DNA of 5,935 nucleotides from Fonticula alba ATCC 38817 (taxonomy: Eukaryota > Protista > Nucleariida), in assembly GCA_000388065.2 (NCBI GenBank), contig KB932201.1. One strand, given 5' to 3'. Positions 1-5,935 of the stretch are shown piece after piece (positions within the stretch are counted from its first letter, which is position 1; each line of letters starts with the position of its first letter). A program made the position numbers and the translations under genes. The notes under the pieces were generated by a model, which did not search any database, was not told the origin of the DNA, and saw only the letters and a program-made list of their open reading frames with translations.

Positions 1-200
1 CCGGTCCTGGGCATGCGCGCGGGTGCCAGGAAAAAGGGGGCGGGAGCGTGGGCGGGAGAAGGACTGGCGCCTGCCGGCCTGTCTTGCGCGAACCCGGAGC
101 CGGAGACCGAGCGCCGAGAAATGCGACGGGATCGGAATGAGGCGCAATCGCGATTGCTGCCTGGACACCAGGGGCCAAGCCCGGGGCGGCAAGGTGCACA

Positions 201-227
201 GGGGGCGGGAGGGGGGGGGGGGGGGGG
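201..227 (+). repeat. Poly-G tract (G5-C-G3-A-G17), potential G-quadruplex
   Basis: Read directly: G201-205, G207-209, G211-227. Confidence 0.9.
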
Positions 228-381
228 CCCGGTGCTAATAGGCCGCGGATGCCCCGCACAAGTGGGCGCGCATAGCCAGGCGCGCGCGCGCAAGCGAGCG
301 GGGCCGGGCCATAACCACAAGCTCATCGGGCGCGCCAATGGCACCAAGCGAAGGGGGCTGCCCCTCCTCCACGGCCGCCGC

Positions 382-383
<2 letters not shown>

Positions 384-420
<37 letters not shown>
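384..420. repeat. (GA)14 microsatellite followed by G9
   Basis: Perfect GA repeat at 384-411, then G412-420. Confidence 0.95.
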
Positions 421-623
421 AAGGGGGCAGAGAGAGGGGCGCCAATGGATTAAGCTGCGCCCCCTGCATACCGGAAGGGAGGGGAGGGGGGGGGGACTAA
501 AGAGAAGCAGACGGGCGCACATGTGCGCAGCGACAAAGGCAGAAGGGATGGGAAGGGGGAGAGGAAAGAAAAGAGGGAGGATGGATGTGCATGCAGGCGG
601 GCGCTCGACATGGGAGCCCACCG

Positions 624-685
624 ACACATGCATGCATGCATGCATGCACACACACACACACACATACACACACATACACACACAC
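624..685. repeat. Compound (ATGC)5-(CA)n microsatellite; 62-bp purine-pyrimidine alternation
   Basis: ATGC x5 at 628-647, containing a 20-bp perfect palindrome at 629-648, followed by CA repeats with two TA interruptions up to 685. Confidence 0.95.
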
Positions 686-975
686 TGAATGCGAACACAG
701 CAATGGGATAGGCCACGTTTGGCAATCCAGGGAAACATCAAGGAACGCATATTTCCAGGGTCGCCGGCGACACCCCCTCGTCCCCCCTGCGGTGAGTACA
801 ATTACATACTCCAAGCGGCGGCCCTCGGTGGATCCAATCTAGCCACTAGGAATAGATCAGGGAGGAGGCACGCGCCGCCAGAAAGATGGCTGGTCACATT
901 CCACCCTATGGTCTCCTCAAACGAAAGAGAAGGGGAGAGAGGGGGGGGGGGGACAAGCTTGCTCACTCACTCAGT

Positions 976-1018
976 CGCACGCACGCGCGCGCACATATGC
1001 ACACACATGTATGCGCGC
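976..1018. repeat. 43-bp purine-pyrimidine alternating tract (GCAC/GC/CA mix)
   Basis: cgcacgcacgcgcgcgcacatatgcacacacatgtatgcgcgc alternates without a break. Confidence 0.85.
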
Positions 1019-1020
1019 CT

Positions 1021-1396
1021 ATATGATGCACACATGTCCGCCAGATACGCGGCCCAGGAAGCAGCCCCCCCCCCCCTCCCTCCCCCCTTGGGTCAGGAGG
1101 AGGGGGTCGCGAGCCAGAGCGACAGCGCGCATAGACCCCGCGCCGCCGCGGCCGGTTGACCCAGAGACCGACCAAGGGCAGATGACCGGCAAATGAGCCA
1201 GCGGCAAGGTGCCCGGCGCCCGTCAGCAAGGTTGCCAGCGAAGCAGACCGCCCCCGCGCGGCCGAGGAGTTGGGCCGCCAGGGAGCGCCCCGAATGGCGA
1301 AAGGCGTAGCATAGGCCCAAGCCCCGGGCGAGAGCGGGCACACTCTCTCGGCAGGAGACACGACGCCTCGCGCGGGTCCGAGAGACGGCGAGAATG
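1021..1396 (+). mobile_element. Possible highly degenerate SIDER2-like retroposon relic (middle to 3' part)
   Basis: atatgatgcacacatg (1021-1036) is 15/16 identical to 3280-3295. ggcccaggaagcagccc (1051-1067) resembles 3360-3376. gaccggca...agcggc (1184-1205) and ggcag...gacacg / cgagaatg (about 1350-1396) follow the order of the SIDER2 consensus as recalled (GACCGGCATGATGGGAGCGGC ... GGCAGAGAATGGACACG). Matches are short and boundaries are approximate. Confidence 0.3.
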
Positions 1397-1892
1397 CGCG
1401 GGAAGCACATCCCCACGCGCCCCGTCAGACAGCGGAGCCGAGAGAATGCCAGACCAAAGGGAGGAGGGGGGGGGGCGGGGCACCCAAAAACAATTATGGA
1501 CACACATGCACTCGGGAGAGGGAGAAGATGGCCGGGAAGAAAGGACACATTCGATCAAGTGACAGGCGGAGGGGGCGAGGGCACAAGGGAGGGGGAGGGG
1601 AGCCATCCTGGAACAGGGATCGGACCCGTGGGGGGAGGGCCGGGGCGACCAAGAGGACGCGTGCGCGCGCGCGCCAAAGTGCACATCGGCGATCCCCCCC
1701 CCCCCCCGTCCATACACACGTACAGGGGAATACTTGGAACGCCAGCCGACATGCGGCGCGCACCTTCAGTGGGCAGTTGCGCGCTCGTGCCTCAGGACAA
1801 TTTCGCTTGCCACTGCGCATCCTTCACATCTGGCCTTGGGGGGACGCTTCGGGATGGCGCGCTCGAGTGGTGACATCCTGTCTTTCTCGCTC

Positions 1893-1969
1893 TCCCCCTC
1901 CCCCCCCCTCCGGCGTCCCTTCGGCATATGCATCAAAAGCACACACAGGGGGGGGGGGGGGGAGGGGGA
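1893..1969. repeat. 16-bp perfect low-complexity inverted repeat with a 45-nt spacer
   Basis: TCCCCCTCCCCCCCCC (1893-1908) is the exact reverse complement of GGGGGGGGGAGGGGGA (1954-1969). Confidence 0.75.
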
Positions 1970-2531
1970 CACACGCGTCCCACGCACAGATGCCAGCACG
2001 GCTGGGCCACCACCATCACCAGCAGGACCGCCCCGAAAGGAGGTCGCCAGGGACGATGGCGCACGGCCAGCCGGGGCCCCGCCGGCCCCGCAACCTGCTC
2101 TGACGAGAGGATTGGCAAAGCCCGCGGGCATACGCCGGAGGGGAGAGAGGGAGAAAAGAAGGAGGATCCAGGCATATGCACGGTCACACGGCGGAGGGGC
2201 TCTGCAGCAGGGGGACGGGCTCGCGCAGGATCGCCATCCGTCCCCCTGCCCAGGGCGCGCGCAGCGGCCAACTGAAACCAGCTGCTAAAAAAGACACGTT
2301 TGCCCCACGGCCCCGTCCTCCTCCCCCCCCCTTCCGATTCCCGCCGGTCTTTTCCCGCGACAAAGGGAAGGGAGAGCGCGGCGGAACAAAGGGAAGAACG
2401 CGCCCACATCGAAGCAGTGTCCCTCCCTACGCATGCCCGCGTGGGCCCCGGTAATGGATACAGACCCTCCACGACACACGCATACACATGCGCCACGAAG
2501 GGAGACGCGAGCGAGGGGAGGGGGGACCCAA

Positions 2532-2660
2532 ATCATATGGGCTGGCTCCCCCCGGCCCCGCCCCTTCAGATGCACCCCACTGCCGAGGAGACACAATCTG
2601 CGCGCGGGAGGGGCGATTGCGCCGCGCTGACTCCGGCGCACATGCTGAGGTGTCTCAGTC
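2532..2660 (-). mobile_element. Possible degenerate SIDER2-like relic including a signature-I-like 5' end, minus strand
   Basis: The minus strand reads GACACCTCAGC (2654-2644), then AATCGCCCCTCCCGC (2618-2604), then GCCAGCCCATATGAT (2546-2532). This is the same order as recalled SIDER2 GACACCTCAGC(G)TGG ... AAGCAGCCCCCTATCCCTGCC ... GCCATCCATATGAT, but with compressed spacing. Confidence 0.35.
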
Positions 2661-2664
2661 GTCC

Positions 2665-2683
2665 CCCGCCCGCCCGCCCGCCC
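2665..2683 (-). repeat. (GGGC)n tetranucleotide repeat, potential G-quadruplex on the minus strand
   Basis: The + strand reads (CCCG)4-CCC, so the minus strand has at least four GGG runs with 1-nt loops. Confidence 0.85.
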
Positions 2684-2796
2684 TCTCGCCATCGCCACCA
2701 CTGGCGCCGGAAAGAGAGGGGGGCAGGGCAGAGGAGCAGGGACGAGGGGAGAAACCCAGGAGCTCCAGGGCACCGTGAGAGCACGTGGCTTTCACA

Positions 2797-2880
2797 CCGG
2801 GACATATGATACTCACTTGGCACATACGTACAAACATACGAGAGGCCCCACATGGGATTGGGCAGCGACTGCGGCCTGTG
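2797..2880 (+). mobile_element. Dispersed repeat fragment related to 3273-3389 (possible SIDER2-like relic)
   Basis: ccgggacatatgat (2797-2810) is 13/14 identical to ccggcacatatgat (3273-3286). ggcccca..tgggattgggcagc (2844-2866) parallels ggcccca..tgggatggggagc (3360-3389). Confidence 0.35.
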
Positions 2881-2980
2881 GGAGACCACGGCAAGTCCCG
2901 CACCTCCTTCTGCGCCACACTGACTGCCCCCCCCCCCTCCTCCCTCCCTCCCTGGCATTCGGTGGACAGAATGCAGGAAG

Positions 2981-3002
2981 GAGAGAGAGAGAGAGAGAGA
3001 GA
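2981..3002. repeat. (GA)11 microsatellite
   Basis: Perfect GA repeat read directly. Confidence 0.95.
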
Positions 3003-3238
3003 TAGGGATGCACGCGCGACGGGAGGAAACGCAGGAACCAGACCATGGTAGCACCGACCGGTGCTTGTCCACATGCGCGGATTCACGGGAAGGGTGTGTG
3101 GCAAAGCACACAAAGGCACATGACACTCGGGAGAGGGAGACACACAGGGTGCGCAGAGCAAATGTACCCCCAAAAAAAAGGGACGATGCTTGAGGCTATG
3201 GCTGGCTCCTTCGGAGGAAAGCACGAACCAGGAACCAG

Positions 3239-3389
3239 GGATGGAGGGCACTTCCCGAAGGCAGAGCCGCCTCCGGCACATATGATGCACGCATGCACGA
3301 GATGGCGCCGCGGGGAGTACGCATCAGGCCGTAGGCCTGCATGCGCGAAGGGAAGAGCCGGCCCCAGGAGCCACCCTGGGATGGGGAGC
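3239..3389 (+). mobile_element. Degenerate SIDER2-like retroposon relic (central part)
   Basis: ggatgg (3239), catatgat (3279-3286) and gagccaccctgggatg (3368-3383) are collinear with recalled SIDER2 GGATGG ... CATATGAT ... GAGCCACCCCGAGGGATG at roughly comparable spacing. Motif blocks are also shared with 1021-1067 and 2797-2866. Confidence 0.45.
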
Positions 3390-4007
3390 CCAGCCAGCCA
3401 GCCGGCCAGGCGGAGAAGGGTCGGGAGAGGAGAAGAGGGGGCAGCATGACATACCTGGCAGTGTCTGGAGGCCGGGAAGGGGCCGCAGGGGAGGCGGGCC
3501 AGGCCGGCGATGGGAGGGGGCAGGAGGAGGGACAGGCGAGCAGAAGGCAGCATGGTGAGCGCGAGACACGAGACCCCAGGAAGGAGCAGCCGCGGAAGGG
3601 AGGGAAAAAAAAGCCAACGCGACCGCCACAAGAGGCCGACCCCCAGGCCGCCAGGGGACGGGGACCGATGTCCAAAAGCAGGGCCTGGAAGGGGAGACCC
3701 ACTCGCGGCGAGTCCATCGTGGCGGTTGGAGGGGTGTGCCGACGCCGGAGAGGAGGGGCGAAGGCGGAAAGGGCAGGAAGGGGTCGGGGAATGGAGGGGG
3801 GGGGGGGCCGATGGCGTACAGGGAGAAAAGCAAGAAGAACCAAAGAAGGAAGGGGGCAAACTTAGTTCAGGTGCTCTGGCGAGGGAGGCAACGGTGCCTC
3901 GGCCGTTCGCAGGGCGTCCTCTTCGCGGGGTACTGCCTCGGGCGCGAACACAACCACCCGACGACGAGAAAGCGGATGCCCCTGTGTGGCCCCCCCCCCC
4001 CCCCCCC

Positions 4008-4017
4008 NNNNNNNNNN
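4008..4017. other. Assembly/scaffold gap (10 N) between a C18 run and a G5 run
   Basis: N x10 flanked by C3990-4007 and G4018-4022. Confidence 0.98.
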
Positions 4018-4189
4018 GGGGGAGCCTACTCGGTGCGCGAGGCGAGGTGACACACAGTGCCAGCCAAGGAGGACGCGATCATGGAGGGAGCCGGACCGCA
4101 AACCGAAAGGAGGGAGGGGGAGCGAGGAGCGAAAGCAGCGGGAGGGGGGGGGCCGCTCGCAAGGAGCGAACAAGTGAGGGAGAGGCTGC

Positions 4190-4248
4190 GGGGGGGTAGA
4201 GGGGGAGGGGGGGGGGGGGGGGGGGGGGCGGGGCAGCGGGGGGGGGGG
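4190..4248 (+). repeat. Extended G-tract cluster (G7, G5, G22, G4, G11), strong G-quadruplex potential
   Basis: G4190-4196, 4201-4205, 4207-4228, 4230-4233, 4238-4248. Confidence 0.9.
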
Positions 4249-4289
4249 CGGCACCGGACCGAGGCAAACGGAGGAAAGCCTCGGCGGGC

Positions 4290-4342
4290 GGAGACGGCAC
4301 TTGGCGTGTGGCCGAGAATGAGCATGCAAGTGCGGGGAAAAA
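4290..4342 (+). mobile_element. Possible SIDER2-like 3'-terminal motif with a short A-run
   Basis: tgtggccgagaatg (4307-4320) is 12/14 identical to the recalled SIDER2 3' end TATGGCAGAGAATG, and an A5 run follows at 4338-4342. The block is isolated. Confidence 0.3.
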
Positions 4343-4582
4343 GCATGGAAGTGGGCCCGCGGGGACCACGACGAGAAGTCACAACACGTATGTCGGACAG
4401 CCGGCGGGAGGAGGGCACCGGGAGGGGGGGGGGGGCGAGGGGCAGCGGGGCAGCGGGGGGTACTGCTGGGGGAGAGTGTCTGACCTTGCGGCGGGGGCTT
4501 TGGACGGGTGGTGGTTCCCCAAATGGCGTTGCGAGTGTGCGGACACGCGGTCCGGAGACGCGTGTGTGAGAGCACACAGGCA

Positions 4583-4586
<4 letters not shown>

Positions 4587-4618
<32 letters not shown>

Positions 4619-4686
4619 AGCACAGATGCGTGCGCGCGCGCGCGCACACACACACACACACATACACAATCACACACATACACACA
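4587..4686. repeat. Compound (CA)15 - (GC)n - (CA)n microsatellite
   Basis: (CA)15 at 4587-4616, unbroken purine-pyrimidine alternation at 4626-4668, and further CA repeats to 4686. Confidence 0.95.
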
Positions 4687-4694
4687 GGGGGCCC

Positions 4695-4900
4695 CGGGGA
4701 TACAATGGTTCAGACATGGGGTCGAGAGGAGCGGGGAAGTGGCATGGAGCCAAGGCCGACTGTCCCCCGCCGACGCAGACCACAGCGGCATGGCAGGGTC
4801 CGCGCAAGAGGGCGCCAGGTGGCCATCCTCCACGCAAGAGGAGGAGAGGCTCGACGGGCTGCCCCCTCAAGGGGAGGGAAGGAGGCGAGCGGACGTGCTC
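4695..4900 (+). mobile_element. Degenerate, internally deleted SIDER2-like relic with signature I/II-like junction
   Basis: ggagccaaggccgactgtcccccgccgacgcagaccacagcggcatggcagggtcc (4746-4801) resembles the recalled junction GGAAGCCAAGCAGCCCCCTAT-CCCTGCCAATGCCGA.CCAC...TGGTG.CAGGGTC, with mostly transition differences. Then gagggcgccaggtggc (4808-4823), ggagaggct (4843-4851) and ggacgtgctc (4891-4900) follow recalled GAGGGATGCACCAGGTGGC, GGAGCGGCT and GGCCGTGCTC in order. Confidence 0.45.
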
Positions 4901-5096
4901 GCGCGCGCACACGCAAACACGGCGCAGCCGGGAGACATAGCTCCCTCCTTCTCTCCTCTCTCGGGGGCGCACGGTGACATAGGGGTGTAAGGCGTGGGTC
5001 TGTGTCCGGGTCGGCTGGGAGGTGCGCCAAAAAGCCTCTTCCGCGGGCTGGCGGCGGCATGACGCCGGCGGACACGGAGAGGGCGGGCGCCCTGCT

Positions 5097-5118
5097 CCCT
5101 CCCCCCCGGGGGGGAGGG
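5097..5118. repeat. 22-bp perfect palindrome CCCT-C7-G7-AGGG
   Basis: ccctcccccccgggggggaggg equals its own reverse complement. Confidence 0.9.
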
Positions 5119-5210
5119 GGGGCCAAGTGCGAGCGGCACACACACAGACACACACGCGCGCGCGCGCCCCGGGCCCTGCACATGTCGACAAGCCGAAAGG
5201 CGTTCCCACC

Positions 5211-5230
5211 GGGGGGCGGGGGGCGGGGGG
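5211..5230 (+). repeat. G6-C-G6-C-G6 tract, potential G-quadruplex
   Basis: ggggggcggggggcgggggg read directly. Confidence 0.85.
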
Positions 5231-5327
5231 ACGGCTGACAGTTTTTTCCGAGACCACCGCAGCCGCGAGGATGCCACACCAGGGCGCATGGTGGACAACC
5301 GCCGCGCGGGGGCGAGGCGAGGACGCG

Positions 5328-5399
5328 GACATAGATACACACACAGACACAGACACAGACACAGACACTGACACAGACACAGACACAGACACAGACGCA
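5328..5399. repeat. (GACACA)n hexanucleotide repeat, 12 units
   Basis: Period-6 repeat with degenerate end units (gacata, gataca, cacaca, gacgca) and one internal gacact variant. Confidence 0.93.
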
Positions 5400-5618
5400 C
5401 CGATACGCCGACATACAAACACACAGGCACACGGGGCCAACGGCCACTATGTGGTAAGCCGGAAAGGCGGGCGGCGATATTAATCCCCCATGAGCCGGTC
5501 TCTGCCTCGGTCCCCCTCTCTCGGTGCCCTGGTGTCTCGCTGGAGCCCGGCCCCGTTCAGGGCGTGGGAGGCTGGTGCCGCGAACACACGGGACATCCCG
5601 GTGCGCCGTCTTCAGCTG

Positions 5619-5642
5619 CCCCCCCCCCCCCCCCCCGGGGGG
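5619..5642. repeat. C18-G6 homopolymer junction (12-bp palindromic core at 5631-5642)
   Basis: Read directly. Confidence 0.9.
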
Positions 5643-5686
5643 TGGCGGCCCGGGCGGCTGGCCCAAAAGCGCGATCTCCTCTCCTT

Positions 5687-5815
5687 CCGGGCAGCATGGC
5701 GGCCAGGTGCAGGGGCCCCGATATTTGAGGGAGGGGCCGTAGTCCGCCGACGCCGCCCCGCAGGCGGAGATCAGTCGGGCCTGGTCTACTAGCCATCCGA
5801 GGGCCTGTGTAAGGC
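5687..5815 (+). mobile_element. SIDER2-like retroposon relic, 3' half (may extend 5' to about 5490)
   Basis: tttgagggaggggccgt (5724-5740) is 16/17 identical to recalled SIDER2 TTTGAGGCAGGGGCCGT. It is preceded by ccgggcagcatgg (about CCGGCATGATGG) and followed in order by agatcagtcgg (about AGATGACTGAGTCGG), gtctac (5784-5789) and gggcctgtgtaaggc (5801-5815, 13/15 to GGGCCTGTGACAGGC). The region also lacks the strand skew and CA/GA microsatellites of the rest of the window. Confidence 0.55.
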
Positions 5816-5935
5816 TCGCCCCCTCGCCGCTCCCGACCGGGCCCCGCATGGGAGGACCGTTCGGCCGCATGAAGGCGGACCCCGCCTCCCTTCCCGTCCT
5901 TCATTCTCGCGGGGCCGCGGGAGAGCCCGGGCGGC

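Noticed and set aside
77-123. ggcctgt...gccgagaaatg as another SIDER2-like 3' end
   Set aside because: Matches are too short and spacing too loose to separate from chance.
1193-1309. Short + strand ORF ending SWAARERPEWRKA, reminiscent of the C-terminal W..A.DR..WR motif of RTE-type LINEs
   Set aside because: Only 38 aa, with no upstream reverse transcriptase sequence; likely chance.
2100-2106. CTGACGA, a hammerhead ribozyme core half
   Set aside because: No stem II closed by a following GAAA motif.
2809-2821. U1 snRNA 5'-end-like strings (atactcacttggc here; atacctggcag at 3451-3461)
   Set aside because: No U1 stem-loops or Sm site follow. They are just reverse complements of splice-donor-like words, which are common in TG-rich strands.
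5692-5740. Resemblance to the ingi/L1Tc 5' 79-bp signature
   Set aside because: The same DNA aligns better, and collinearly with downstream blocks, to the SIDER2 3' half. I see no HDV-like fold.
5774-5785. GTCGGGCCTGGT, identical to a 12-mer of vertebrate-type 5S rRNA
   Set aside because: The flanks do not follow 5S sequence or fold, and the 12-mer sits inside the collinear SIDER2-like block.
4986-5812. TGTAA chlorophyte-type polyadenylation signal (4986-4990, 5808-5812)
   Set aside because: Expected by chance at this frequency, and there is no gene to terminate.
5643-5870. Protein-looking N-terminal segment of ORF 4710..5870 (SLTQALGWLVDQARLISACG...)
   Set aside because: The + strand frame over the same DNA looks equally protein-like, the frame is closed just upstream, I recognise no family, and the DNA is better explained as a SIDER2-like relic.
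13-5904. All ORFs in the provided six-frame track, including the 386-aa 4710..5870 (-) and 323-aa 3862..4833 (-) frames
   Set aside because: They overlap in all six frames and translate homopolymers and microsatellites (GGGG, PPPP, VCVC, HTHT, DTDT, RERE). I recognise no domain, and long open frames are expected in stop-poor GC-rich DNA.
1-5935. tRNA genes, spliced-leader RNA, C/D snoRNAs, telomeric repeats, CRISPR arrays
   Set aside because: I found no B-box GTTCRANNC in a cloverleaf context, no AACTAACGC spliced-leader motif, no RTGATGA...CTGA pair (ATGATGC at 1023 and 3282 has no nearby D box), no (TTAGGG)n, and no repeat-spacer periodicity.

Overview
GC-rich (roughly two-thirds G+C by eye) eukaryotic non-coding DNA from a draft assembly, with a 10-N gap at 4008-4017. 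I can support no protein-coding gene, tRNA, rRNA or CRISPR array. The listed ORFs look like artefacts of stop-poor GC-rich DNA, run through homopolymers and microsatellites, and match no domain I recognise. The window holds 18 G or C homopolymers of 9 nt or more, (GA)n, (CA)n, (ATGC)n and (GACACA)n microsatellites, long purine-pyrimidine alternating tracts and C-run/G-run palindromes. The + strand is strongly A-over-T skewed until about 5480. The non-repetitive stretches contain several short motif blocks that recur within the window. These blocks also resemble, in collinear order, the Leishmania SIDER2 retroposon consensus as I recall it; the best match is 16/17 nt at 5724-5740. My best reading is a long gene-free region of a Leishmaniinae-type trypanosomatid carrying a cluster of highly degenerate SIDER2-like relics. 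That consensus is recalled from memory, so both the element calls and the taxon need database confirmation. I see no clear evidence of a new biological system.
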